A DNA stretch of 64,000 nucleotides, from NCBI GenBank assembly GCA_011390785.1, contig JAABRR010000015.1, positions 51,150 to 115,149 on the forward strand, given 5' to 3'. The translations under genes were made by a program, and so were the position numbers. Every line of letters starts with the position of its first letter. The stretch's first letter is position 1. Below the pieces are notes generated by a model. It was not told where the DNA came from and made no database searches. It was given only the letters and a program-made list of their open reading frames with translations. Below are positions 52,155 to 61,871 of this stretch, piece after piece. Source of the stretch: Sphingobacteriia bacterium. Its GTDB lineage: Bacteria; Bacteroidota; Bacteroidia; Bacteroidales; UBA7960.

Positions 52155-53693
52155 ATGTATCAACACATTATCAAAACACAACGCATTACTTTTGAAGATT
52201 TGAAAAAGATCTTCACGCAAAAAACCAAACTTGCTTTATCATCAGAAAGCAGGCATTCGATTGTTCAGTGTCGTGAGTATCTTGATCAGAAGATTTCATC
52301 CCAAACTGAGCCTATTTACGGAGTAACAACTGGTTTTGGGTCTTTATGCAATCATAGTATCTCATCTGCCGATCTGGGGCAATTACAAAAGAATCTTGTT
52401 ATGTCACATGCCTGTGGAGTCGGGGAGAGAGTCCCTGATGAAATTGTGAAAATCATGCTTTTTCTGAAAATTCAATCTCTTTCATATGGACATTCGGGCA
52501 TACAACTGGCTACTGTTGAGAGACTGATTGATTTTTTCAACAATGATTTGTTACCAGTGGTATACAGCCAGGGTTCTTTGGGTGCGTCTGGCGATTTAGC
52601 TCCTTTGGCACATATGAGTTTACCATTGCTGGGACTGGGAGAAGTTTTACTGGATGGGAAAGTTGTTGCTGCGGCAGATGCTTATAAAGAATTGGGATGG
52701 GAACCCCTTGAACTGGTTTCAAAAGAAGGGTTGGCATTGTTAAATGGCACCCAGTTTATGGGAGCTTATGGAGTTTTTATTTTGCTTCGTACCTTTGAAT
52801 TAACCCAGTGGGCTGATCTTATCGGGGCTTTGTCACTTGATGCATTTGATGGCCGCATTGAACCCTTTTTTGATGAAGTTCACCGTGTGCGGCATCATTC
52901 AGGTCAAATTCAAACAGCCGAAAACATCTGTCAAATATTATCAGGCAGTGAACTTATAAACCGTAATAAGACACATGTACAGGATCCTTATTCGTTTCGT
53001 TGTATTCCACAAGTTCATGGTGCCAGTAAAGATGCAATAAACTATATAGCCAGTGTTTTTGAAAATGAAGTAAATGCCGTAACAGATAATCCCACTATTT
53101 TTCCTAAACTGGACAGAATTATTTCTGCCGGTAATTTTCATGGACAACCTCTTGCCTTATCGCTTGATTTTTTGGCTATCGCATTAGCTGAGTTGGGAAA
53201 TATTTCTGAACGAAGAGTTTACAGACTAATATCTGGCGAGAGAAAATTGCCATCATTCCTAATTGCCAACCCCGGACTAAATTCGGGCTTTATGATTCCT
53301 CAATATACGGCCGCATCAATTGTAAGTCAAAATAAGCAATATTGTACACCAGCATCAATAGATTCGATTGAATCTTCGCAAGGACAGGAAGACCATGTGA
53401 GCATGGGCGCAAACGGCGCAGTAAAAGCTCTTAAGGTAATGCAAAATTTAGAAAAATTACTTGCCATTGAATTACTTAATGCTACCCAGGCTGTTGAATT
53501 CAGAAGACCCTTTAAAACATCACCCATTCTCGAAAAGCTATTAGCAAATTTCAGACAGAAAGTAGATTTTATAAGTGACGACACTATAATGTATCTGGAA
53601 ATTGAAAAGGTTTTGCAATTTCTTCAAAATGAAAATATTGATGCTTATAAAATAGAAACTGACGAGGATGGTAAATTATCAGTGAAAAACTGA
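52155..53693 (+). CDS. hutH: histidine ammonia-lyase
   Basis: 'YGVTTGFG' and the MIO-forming 'GSLGASGDLAPLAH'. 'MSHACGVG' carries the Ser-His selectivity pair. 'NFHGQP'. Confidence 0.9.
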   Translation: MYQHIIKTQRITFEDLKKIFTQKTKLALSSESRHSIVQCREYLDQKISSQTEPIYGVTTGFGSLCNHSISSADLGQLQKNLVMSHACGVGERVPDEIVKIMLFLKIQSLSYGHSGIQLATVERLIDFFNNDLLPVVYSQGSLGASGDLAPLAHMSLPLLGLGEVLLDGKVVAAADAYKELGWEPLELVSKEGLALLNGTQFMGAYGVFILLRTFELTQWADLIGALSLDAFDGRIEPFFDEVHRVRHHSGQIQTAENICQILSGSELINRNKTHVQDPYSFRCIPQVHGASKDAINYIASVFENEVNAVTDNPTIFPKLDRIISAGNFHGQPLALSLDFLAIALAELGNISERRVYRLISGERKLPSFLIANPGLNSGFMIPQYTAASIVSQNKQYCTPASIDSIESSQGQEDHVSMGANGAVKALKVMQNLEKLLAIELLNATQAVEFRRPFKTSPILEKLLANFRQKVDFISDDTIMYLEIEKVLQFLQNENIDAYKIETDEDGKLSVKN

Positions 53694-53818
53694 TTAAAAA
53701 CCATCGAAACGTATCTCTTATATGGGTTGATGATGATTAAAGAAATAAATTTTGTTCTTTAATATTTTTCAACTAATTTGCATGCGATAAATATAATTTA
53801 AACTGATAAATAATAGCC

Positions 53819-54241
53819 ATGGAAAATGATGTAACCAAAGAAAAAGTTCGTCCGGTTTTTATCACTGTTTTATGTGTTATTGCTTTCCTTCATGTAGGAA
53901 TGTCTGTTATAACCGGTTTAACAGCAATAATTTTATCTCCTGAATTGGGATGGTTTAAAACTAATGGATTTTTTGCTTTTTTTACCGATGGTTTAAGCAG
54001 TTTTCTGGGTTTAAGATGGCAAATTGTTATGCTCATTTTTTCAATTGTTTCTTTTCTGGGTATAGTTCATATCTGGAAAATGAAAAGGTCGGGTGTTTGG
54101 CTTTTTTCTATTCCACTTTTCATTAATATAATTTTACCCCTTCTGAAACTTGGAATAGGCTGGTGGATATTGATTCCCAATATTCTTCTGATTTTTTTCC
54201 TGATATTTTTATTTGCTCTGAATTACCAAAAGCTTAAATGA
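53819..54241 (+). CDS. small integral membrane protein, unknown function
   Basis: 140-aa ORF with four hydrophobic segments. Confidence 0.45.
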   Translation: MENDVTKEKVRPVFITVLCVIAFLHVGMSVITGLTAIILSPELGWFKTNGFFAFFTDGLSSFLGLRWQIVMLIFSIVSFLGIVHIWKMKRSGVWLFSIPLFINIILPLLKLGIGWWILIPNILLIFFLIFLFALNYQKLK

Positions 54242-54279
54242 TCCTGTGGCTCCGGAATATCAACAAGCAATTGTCTTAA

Positions 54280-56391
54280 TCAGTTTATCTGAGGTAAAAA
54301 GCTGTATCTTTTTGCATAGTATAGCATCTGCTCAAGAAAATCATCAGGATACTCTACTTTAACATCAACAATGCGATCGTTTAGTACCACCGGAATAAAA
54401 ACAGGATTGATAAACGCTGAAAAAGGGGGCACTCCGAGTTTTTTAAACCTTTGGTGCACTTCCGCCAAAAGCTCCTGGTCAACTTCAATTCCATAATTCT
54501 CTACAAGATTTTTAGCTGTATTGTAATCTCCTTCTGATTTTATTCTTTGCACTTCCATTAGTAATTCACCAAAGAGTTCCCGCAGTCTGGCATAATTGTG
54601 AATTACAAAACAGGTTTTACCATCAACAGCTTTTTTTTCAATGATATTTTCATCTTTCCCCATTTCAAAAACTTTTGCCGCAATTAATTGTCGGTTTCGC
54701 ATGTGGGTTTGTTCGATGTTTTTACCAGGTTCAATTCTTTGTAACTGCAGCATCAATCCATTATTGATGTATTGATTGTACTGTGTTTTTGCCGCCGACA
54801 GGTTAGGTAACAACCCCATTTCCATAATTGTGGAGTCCATGATAAAGTATAAAGCAATTAGATCCGCACGAGTTTCTTCTATAACGGATGCATAATTTTT
54901 AAGGGTTACAGCCATGTCATCAACACCAGGTTTTAACTGGCCTGAACCATGGCCTATAATTTCGTGAAGATCAGTATGAAGATTATTGGAAATAAATCCG
55001 TAGTCTTTTATCCACTGCAGGGTTTCTTTATTGCAGGCAAATTCTTCGGCAATACTGCTCTGTAAATTAGCCTGATGATGTGCCAGTGCTATATTGGTTA
55101 TGGTAACAGATTTAGACCCATGGTCTTTTCTGATCCAGTCTGAATTGGGTAAATTTACTCCAAGTGGAGGAGTTGGACTATTATCACCTGCAAGAGCTGC
55201 GACATGAATTGCCCTTGCCGATATACCTGTAACAGCCTCCTTTTTATAATCAGGATTAAAAGGCATATTTTTTTCAAAGTAAGATGCTTTTGCAGAAATT
55301 TTTCTTACCCGCTCTATTGATTCATTATCAGTAATGGAAACCATAGACTGGTAGGAACCTTTTAGGCCAAAAGGGTCACCATAAACTTCAATAAAACCAT
55401 TCGTAAAATCTACGTTTGATATTGTATCCTGAACCCACAAAATATTATATTCGTCAAATAAACGTAAATCTCCTGTTTCATAAAAGGCTATGAGCTTTGA
55501 AATAATTTCGCGCTGCAGTTCGCTATTTGCCACAGAAAGAGCTTTTTTGAGCCAATTTAAAATTTCCTGTATTGCAGGGCCATACATTCCTATTGCACTC
55601 CATACATTTTCTTTAATGATATTGTTACTCTTTTCCAATTGAGAGTTTAATCCGTATGATATTGGATAATCATCGTCTGGCTTACGTATTGAGTCGTAAA
55701 AAGCAATTACCTCTTCCTGGCTAACATTCTTATAAAAGTTATTGGCAGATTCCTTTGCCAGATCTGAATCTGCAGAAAGATTGACCCTTTTTTCAGCTGT
55801 TTGCGGATCAAATAGTATGGTGATCATAAATTTGATAAAATCATTGATCTCCTCAGTTCCTCTTAATGGAAAATTAGCATCTGGCGAATTATTAATCAGT
55901 TCAATAAAATAATCTTTTGAAAAGCCCGGAATGATTTTTTCTGTTGAATAGTGATGATGAATACCATTTGAAACAAAAACTCTTTTGGCATAGGTAAGAA
56001 ACTTATTATACTGGTCGTTATCTTTATTTCCATTATAATGTAAAAGGATCTCTTCAAGAGTTTTTCGAACAGTAAGGTTATATGCATAATTTTGATCCCA
56101 TATTATATCCCTGCCCGACAATGCTGCTTCATGCAGATAATATATCAGGATTTTATCTTTCAATTCCAGTTGGTCAAATCCCGGTATTTTGTATCGGAGT
56201 ATTCGGGTATCAGCAAACTGCTCTGTCTGGTATATAAATTCTTCCATTTCTAATTGATTTTTATTGTTTTGGCAACTTGTAATCAGAAAAAAAGCAACTA
56301 AAAAAATCAACGCGATTTTTGAAGCATTGCAGGCAAAAAAGCGTTTATTTTTACTTAAATTAAACCAGCTTTTTTCAATATTAGGTTTCAT
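54280..56391 (-). CDS. dipeptidyl-peptidase III-like M49 family zinc peptidase, exported
   Basis: 'HEIIGHGSG' (HExxGH) and 'EETRADL' (EExRAE/D), the two M49 zinc motifs. Signal with lipobox 'ITSC'. Confidence 0.7.
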   Translation of the reverse strand: MKPNIEKSWFNLSKNKRFFACNASKIALIFLVAFFLITSCQNNKNQLEMEEFIYQTEQFADTRILRYKIPGFDQLELKDKILIYYLHEAALSGRDIIWDQNYAYNLTVRKTLEEILLHYNGNKDNDQYNKFLTYAKRVFVSNGIHHHYSTEKIIPGFSKDYFIELINNSPDANFPLRGTEEINDFIKFMITILFDPQTAEKRVNLSADSDLAKESANNFYKNVSQEEVIAFYDSIRKPDDDYPISYGLNSQLEKSNNIIKENVWSAIGMYGPAIQEILNWLKKALSVANSELQREIISKLIAFYETGDLRLFDEYNILWVQDTISNVDFTNGFIEVYGDPFGLKGSYQSMVSITDNESIERVRKISAKASYFEKNMPFNPDYKKEAVTGISARAIHVAALAGDNSPTPPLGVNLPNSDWIRKDHGSKSVTITNIALAHHQANLQSSIAEEFACNKETLQWIKDYGFISNNLHTDLHEIIGHGSGQLKPGVDDMAVTLKNYASVIEETRADLIALYFIMDSTIMEMGLLPNLSAAKTQYNQYINNGLMLQLQRIEPGKNIEQTHMRNRQLIAAKVFEMGKDENIIEKKAVDGKTCFVIHNYARLRELFGELLMEVQRIKSEGDYNTAKNLVENYGIEVDQELLAEVHQRFKKLGVPPFSAFINPVFIPVVLNDRIVDVKVEYPDDFLEQMLYYAKRYSFLPQIN

Positions 56392-56422
56392 TATATAAAG
56401 ATTACTGATAAACCATGAAGTA

Positions 56423-57412
56423 TTATCTTACCACGGGTCTTTCCTGGTATTCTTTTATTTGGCTGTATTCGTTTTCTTCCCGTTCCAGTTTTCTTCTGTG
56501 CGACAGACTTAAAGCTCTTTTCTCTAGTTTGTAAAGGTCTGGCTGTCCTGCATTTACCCACGCAGTATACCAATAATCACCCACATTTTTCACCGCTCTT
56601 TGCATTTGTCTTTCCACCATGCCTTTCATTCCTTCATGCATGGCATGAGAAAATATTTGTGAATAAGTTCTAACATTGCTTTGCCCTCTTATTTCATGGG
56701 CATATAAAAGGTCTGGTGGAAGATTAACCATTAAACTGTCATAAACAAAGTATATGGTATCAATGGTAAGGTGACTTTGTTCTATAAGCTCCCAGGCTCT
56801 GTCAGCAGGCGAATCAATGTATTCAGCCCGACCAACGAGAAAATTATATGAATCTGCATACAATTCAACAAGTCTGCTTTCCCAAAGTGCATGAATGCCT
56901 CTCTGTTCGGGAGTTTTTCCGTTATAATATTTTGTAGTATGCAGGGGAGTGCATAAATCTGCAACATAATGACCTAAATGGGTGGCTGTATAAAGAATTC
57001 TGTCAACATCTTCACTCTGGAAAGCATCGGTAAGCCGATACATCATAATATTTACATGCCAGGGTAAAATACCATATTCCTGCAAGGTGTCTTCAGAAAA
57101 TTTTGCTACGGCATCAGTCCATTTTCTGGGAACATCAGCAAAAGGATTATCGCCGAAATGGTCAATATCAATATAATGTCGTTGTGCTTCCCCTTCAACA
57201 GCATGGGCTCTTCGATCAGGGTCTATCGATCGTTCCGTAACGTATTCTATATGATGTTTGAAAAAACCAACCATGTCGGGCGGAAGGGTGAAAATTGCCA
57301 TACGGTTTATCTTTCTGTGAGCTGCAAAACCGAAGGAGAAAACATCCATATTAGGTATCATCATTAAGATGATAAAGAAGGATGTAGTAATACTGTACTT
57401 AAATTTACCAAA
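56423..57412 (-). CDS. zinc-dependent phospholipase C / S1-P1 nuclease superfamily protein
   Basis: 'FGFAAHRKIN', 'HYIDIDH', 'ILPWH', 'HLGHYVADLCTPLHTT' and 'GIHALWES' are His/Asp-rich metal-ligand blocks. The ORF is open to the TTG at 57439. Confidence 0.45.
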   Translation of the reverse strand, partial: FGKFKYSITTSFFIILMMIPNMDVFSFGFAAHRKINRMAIFTLPPDMVGFFKHHIEYVTERSIDPDRRAHAVEGEAQRHYIDIDHFGDNPFADVPRKWTDAVAKFSEDTLQEYGILPWHVNIMMYRLTDAFQSEDVDRILYTATHLGHYVADLCTPLHTTKYYNGKTPEQRGIHALWESRLVELYADSYNFLVGRAEYIDSPADRAWELIEQSHLTIDTIYFVYDSLMVNLPPDLLYAHEIRGQSNVRTYSQIFSHAMHEGMKGMVERQMQRAVKNVGDYWYTAWVNAGQPDLYKLEKRALSLSHRRKLEREENEYSQIKEYQERPVVR

Positions 57413-57554
57413 CATGTATTTACGTTTTGTACCGGCCAACCGAAAGGTTTGTCAACATGTTTAGAACCGGGCATGATTATAAAAATAGTAATAATTTATC
57501 AATTTTGTAATTATCATGTTATTAACCGATTCTGTTCAATTATAATAAAGTATT

Positions 57555-57731
57555 ATGTTTATCCGCAACCTTGCCAGTAAGTTTGCTTTTGTCAAATAGG
57601 TACTCTTTTCAATTGCCGTCAGTTTTAACTGACGCATAAAATGTGCACAACGCCAAGACGGGACGGTAATAGAATAAGTTGAGTTAAAAAGCGCAAATAC
57701 AATTTTTACTGGCAAGATTGCGGATAATCAT
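57555..57731. ncRNA. 177-nt element closed by a 26-nt imperfect inverted repeat (candidate structured ncRNA or miniature repeat element)
   Basis: 'atgtttatccgcaaccttgccagtaa' (57555-57580) is complementary to 'ttactggcaagattgcggataatcat' (57706-57731) at 24 of 26 positions. There is an internal hairpin 'gtcag-ttttaa-ctgac'. Further helix extension is possible through 'gctttt'/'aaaagc'. Confidence 0.3.
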
Positions 57732-57759
57732 ATAAAATATTAACTGTATTCGAAAATAG

Positions 57760-58524
57760 TTAGTGTAAAGATATAAGAGTGTTGTTTTTCACATCAATAA
57801 TTTCATGATCCCTTAACACGGGTATACATTGGCTTATATTCATCTGGGTTGAATAATCAATTATATCGTCGAGTCCCATTCTTTTAAGTCTATGGCGGTG
57901 GGCAGCCTTATCTATGTAGTTCCGCAGATTTTTTTTTGCCTCTTTCCAAATATCGGCACTTGCAATGGCTGAATCACAAGTGGTATGGAATTCGTCTTTT
58001 CCATTCTCTATAATATAATCCACAGCAGCTCCTGCAAAAATTGTATCTTCCATAGAAAATCGGTTTTTCCACCCTGCACAAAAAATTATAATGGGTTTCT
58101 TTTGTTGCATTGCCCAGTTACAGATTGCATCTCGGTTGGTAAAAGCTCCAATTCCTACAAGGTTTTTTCCCTGCCCGACCATTTTCAGTGCCTGGGTACC
58201 ATTGGTGGTATTCATAACTACTGTTTTGCCTGATAAGCGGGGTTCCATAAAGTTGAACGGAGAATTTCCAAATTCTGCGCAATCAAGGGTTTTTCCTTCC
58301 CTTTCGCCTGAAACGATATATCCCTTTTCTTTGTAGTCAATACTCTCTGAGATTTCGGCAACCGGAATCAAAGATTTTACTTTATTATCAAAAGCTGCAA
58401 CCATAGATGTACTTGCTCTGAAAATATCAGTTACGATGATTACAGCATTGTCTTTTTCATACAGATGCCATGATAAGGGGGAGAAACAAACTTCTACCGG
58501 ATATTTTCCTGCTTCGTTATACAT
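57760..58524 (-). CDS. 2-phosphosulfolactate phosphatase (ComB) family protein
   Basis: 'VIIVTDIFRASTSMV', 'TNGT' and 'SMEDTIFAGA' are ComB family blocks. Confidence 0.7.
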   Translation of the reverse strand: MYNEAGKYPVEVCFSPLSWHLYEKDNAVIIVTDIFRASTSMVAAFDNKVKSLIPVAEISESIDYKEKGYIVSGEREGKTLDCAEFGNSPFNFMEPRLSGKTVVMNTTNGTQALKMVGQGKNLVGIGAFTNRDAICNWAMQQKKPIIIFCAGWKNRFSMEDTIFAGAAVDYIIENGKDEFHTTCDSAIASADIWKEAKKNLRNYIDKAAHRHRLKRMGLDDIIDYSTQMNISQCIPVLRDHEIIDVKNNTLISLH

Positions 58525-58589
58525 GAATTGGATATATTGATGGGAGTAACAAAAGAAACATCTGGATTATCAGGTGTTTATTCCATATT

Positions 58590-59678
58590 TTATTTATAAA
58601 AAGGGCGTTTAACAATGATTGCCTTAAAAGTTTTCCCACGAATTTCAATAAAAATTTCGGTCCCTGGCGTTGAAAACTCTTTGGTAACATATCCCATGCC
58701 AATAGCTTTTTTTAGAGATGGCGACATAGTACCGGACGTAACTTCACCAATTTGCTGGCTGTCTGAATTGAGGATAGGGTAATGTTGGCGGGCAATTCCT
58801 TTTTCAATCAATTCAAAACCTACGAGCAACTTTTTTACTCCGTCTTTTTTTTGCTTTTCGAGTGCTTCCCGGTTTACGAAACTATTTCCGTCGGTAAATC
58901 TGGTAATCCATCCCAGCGCTGCTTCAAGTGGCGAAGTTTCATCGTTGATGTCATTCCCATAAAGACAATATCCCATTTCAAGCCTTAGGGTATCTCTTGC
59001 AGCAAGCCCAATGGGTTTAATGTCAAACTCATTGCCTGCTTCCAATACCGCTTCGTAGATTTTCAATCCATCAGTATTGTTGAAATAAATTTCACAACCG
59101 CCTGCCCCGGTATATCCTGTTGTAGAAAGCAGCACATCTTTGATGCCGGCAAACTCCAGTATTTTATAGGTGTAAAAGGGCATGTCTTCTATGGGTTCGC
59201 TTGTGAGCTTTTGCATGGCTTTTAGGGCCAATGGACCTTGTATGGCCAATTGCCCTGTTTCATCGGATTTATTGGTAAGGGATGCTCCAAAGGTTTTATT
59301 TTGTTCTGTAAGCCAGTTGAAATCCTTTTCAATATTGGAAGCGTTTACCACCAAGAGGTATTTTTCTTTTGAAAAGTGATAAACAAGAAAATCGTCAACA
59401 ATGCCACCTTTATCATTTGGAAAGCATGTGTATTGAACTTTGCCTTCATTTAAAACAGCAATATCATTAGAACTAACTTTCTGCACCAAATCAAAGGCCA
59501 TGGGTCCTTCTACCCAAATTTCACCCATATGAGATACATCAAAAACACCTAGTTTTTCGCGAACGGTAAGGTGTTCGGCAGTAACTCCTTCAAATTGCAC
59601 TGGCATATAAAAGCCTGCAAAAGGAACCATTTTGGCTCCCATCGCTTCGTGTTTTTCTTTAAAAACAGTGGTTTTCAT
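58590..59678 (-). CDS. gcvT: glycine cleavage system aminomethyltransferase T
   Basis: '[16 protein letters not shown]', '[11 protein letters not shown]', '[15 protein letters not shown]', '[17 protein letters not shown]' and 'PFYK' at the C-terminus. Confidence 0.93.
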   Translation of the reverse strand: MKTTVFKEKHEAMGAKMVPFAGFYMPVQFEGVTAEHLTVREKLGVFDVSHMGEIWVEGPMAFDLVQKVSSNDIAVLNEGKVQYTCFPNDKGGIVDDFLVYHFSKEKYLLVVNASNIEKDFNWLTEQNKTFGASLTNKSDETGQLAIQGPLALKAMQKLTSEPIEDMPFYTYKILEFAGIKDVLLSTTGYTGAGGCEIYFNNTDGLKIYEAVLEAGNEFDIKPIGLAARDTLRLEMGYCLYGNDINDETSPLEAALGWITRFTDGNSFVNREALEKQKKDGVKKLLVGFELIEKGIARQHYPILNSDSQQIGEVTSGTMSPSLKKAIGMGYVTKEFSTPGTEIFIEIRGKTFKAIIVKRPFYK

Positions 59679-59784
59679 TGTTTAGTAAGGTTGAAAAATT
59701 GAGAAAAAGTAATTTTTGCTTTCCTTGAATTAAATTAGGAAAGAGATATTTCTAAAACATCATTGATAGATAAATGTTGCCGGG

Positions 59785-60975
59785 TTATTTCAATACTTCT
59801 GTAACCAGTTGGGCGGCCTCCTTTAAAAGAATAGCAGATTTAACCTTCAGCCCTGATTCGTCAATGATAATTTTCGCTTCTTCTGCATTGGTTCCCTGCA
59901 ATCTAACAATAATAGGAACGTTTATTTCGCCTATGTTTTTGTAGGCATCAACAATACCCTGGGCAACACGGTCGCATCTTACAATACCCCCAAAAATATT
60001 TACCAGAATAGCTTTTACGTTGGGGTCTTTGAGAATTATTCTGAAAGCTTCTTCTACTCTTTTGGCATTGGCAGAACCACCTACATCAAGGAAATTTGCC
60101 GGATCACCACCTGAGAGTTTAATAATATCCATGGTTGCCATGGCTAATCCTGCTCCGTTTACCATGCAGCCCACATTCCCGTCAAGTTTTACGTAGTTCA
60201 GGTCAAATTTGCCTGCTTCTACTTCCATGGGGTCTTCTTCGAGCAAATCGCGCATTTCCATAATTTCGGGATGTCTAAACAAAGAGTTTCCATCTATACT
60301 CATCTTGGTATCTGCCACGAGGATCTTATCATCGGCAGTCTTGAAAAGGGGGTTTATTTCGAGTAAAGTGCAATCATTTTTGATATAAGCGTTGTAAAGT
60401 TTCGGTACAAACTTAACCATGTTTTTAAATGCATCACCAGACAAGCCCAGGTTGAAAGCTATTCTTCTGCACTGAAAAGGTAATACGCCGGTTTTGGGAT
60501 CAATTTCTTCGGTATAAATTTCATCAGGAGTTTCTTCGGCAACTTTTTCAATATCCATTCCACCCCTGGGTGAATACATAATCATATTCCGCGAAGTGGC
60601 TCTGTTGAGGAGAATACTCATGTATATTTCAGATGGTTCAGATGGTCCAGGGTAATAAATGTTCTGTTCTATGAGTACTTTATGCACTTTTTTGCCCTGA
60701 GGCCCTGTTTGTGGCGTTACAAGCTGCATCCCGAGAATATTTCCGGCATGTGTTTTAACATCTTCAAGGGATCTGGCTATTTTTACACCGCCCCCTTTGC
60801 CACGTCCGCCGGCGTGAATCTGAGCTTTTACCGCGCTAACATCACTGCCGGTTATATGCTTCAGATTTTTAGCACTTTCAAGTGCATCGGTAACGGTTTC
60901 AACCATACTTCCTTCTGGAACCGGAACACCGTATTTCTTTAGCAGGGATTTGCCCTGATACTCATGTACATTCAT
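59785..60975 (-). CDS. sucC: ADP-forming succinate--CoA ligase subunit beta
   Basis: 'MNVHEYQGKSLLKKYGVPVP', 'KAQIHAGGRGKGGGVK', 'LEINPL' and 'GNVGCMVNGAGLAMATMD'. Confidence 0.93.
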   Translation of the reverse strand: MNVHEYQGKSLLKKYGVPVPEGSMVETVTDALESAKNLKHITGSDVSAVKAQIHAGGRGKGGGVKIARSLEDVKTHAGNILGMQLVTPQTGPQGKKVHKVLIEQNIYYPGPSEPSEIYMSILLNRATSRNMIMYSPRGGMDIEKVAEETPDEIYTEEIDPKTGVLPFQCRRIAFNLGLSGDAFKNMVKFVPKLYNAYIKNDCTLLEINPLFKTADDKILVADTKMSIDGNSLFRHPEIMEMRDLLEEDPMEVEAGKFDLNYVKLDGNVGCMVNGAGLAMATMDIIKLSGGDPANFLDVGGSANAKRVEEAFRIILKDPNVKAILVNIFGGIVRCDRVAQGIVDAYKNIGEINVPIIVRLQGTNAEEAKIIIDESGLKVKSAILLKEAAQLVTEVLK

Positions 60976-61143
60976 TTTATCGTTTTTTATTATTTCTGAC
61001 AGCTTTCTTAATCAGGCAAAAATACAAATTTAACAGTCATTTCAGGGGTTAGGGTATAATATTTTTGAATTAATAAGTTTTGTGTATAATATAAAGCTAA
61101 TTTATGGCGTTATATTTCCGAAAACTATGGTTCAATTAAATTA

Positions 61144-61401
61144 ATGTTAATGAAACAATCATTTACCCTTGAAAATGATTTGACTATGATGATCGACCTT
61201 TTATCAGAAATGGTTGATAACGAAAACATCTCCCAGAAACAATTGGAGAATGCAGCTGGTAAATTACTCAACACTATGTCGCAAAAGAAAAGTAATGAAT
61301 TACCATCGAGAAACGTAGTCAGAAATATTATGAATTACTCCCGGGCACTTCATGTGCTTAAACCCGAAAAAAGTAAGCCTTTTCAGGTTATCATAAATTA
61401 A
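61144..61401 (+). CDS. hypothetical small protein
   Basis: 85-aa ORF followed by a terminator-like hairpin. I recognise no motif. Confidence 0.35.
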   Translation: MLMKQSFTLENDLTMMIDLLSEMVDNENISQKQLENAAGKLLNTMSQKKSNELPSRNVVRNIMNYSRALHVLKPEKSKPFQVIIN

Positions 61402-61420
61402 ACTTTTTTTGGGCGACTGA

Positions 61421-61472
61421 AAAATACCGCAGTATCTCTGTTCTTTAACTGATATGCTGCGGTTTTATTTTT
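61421..61472 (+). terminator. rho-independent terminator
   Basis: 'ataccgcagtatc' and 'gatatgctgcggt' form a stem with a 2-nt bulge, followed by 'tttatttttcc'. Confidence 0.5.
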
Positions 61473-61578
61473 CCGTTAAACACGGAAGCTTCCTTTTTAA
61501 AATTCTATTAATTTTGCAATGCTTCAATATTAAAAAGCATTTCTACAATTCTGAATATATAATCCTAATTTCATAATT

Positions 61579-61716
61579 ATGCGTAAGAGAATAATATTCG
61601 CCGTATTTGCCCTAATGGTATTGGGCTTTAGCCTTACAGGTTGCAGATCACAGGAATTATGCCCGGCATACGGGGATAATCATTCTACTGAACAACCCCA
61701 GGAACTGGTTAGCTGA
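61579..61716 (+). CDS. unannotated 45-aa lipoprotein (below the ORF-track size cut-off)
   Basis: Hand translation gives 'MRKRIIFAVFALMVLGFSLTGCRSQELCPAYGDNHSTEQPQELVS*'. It has a positively charged n-region, a hydrophobic core and the lipobox 'LTGC'. Confidence 0.4.
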   Translation: MRKRIIFAVFALMVLGFSLTGCRSQELCPAYGDNHSTEQPQELVS

Positions 61717-61871
61717 AAGGCTTTTTCAGGTTCTTATGCTATAACCCGGTAATTATTTTTGCCGGGTTTCATTGTTTGTACCCGGTTACTATCTAAAAGG
61801 CTATCAACTTTTTAGATATGAATGGATACCCCCAAAAAAAAATCAGGAATATCTATAAAATTCTCTCTGCT

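Noticed and set aside
52155-53693. I considered whether the ammonia-lyase is a tyrosine ammonia-lyase for flexirubin or aryl-polyene synthesis rather than HutH.
   Set aside because: The substrate-selectivity dipeptide in 'MSHACGVG' is Ser-His, as in histidine ammonia-lyases. TAL has His-Leu and PAL has Phe-Leu, as I recall. No polyketide-type genes are nearby. The absence of hutU/hutI in the window is noted, but those genes may lie elsewhere.
59785-60975. sucC has no adjacent sucD, considered as a possible operon disruption.
   Set aside because: Separated sucC and sucD genes are common in Bacteroidota as far as I know. The gene is intact with all motifs.
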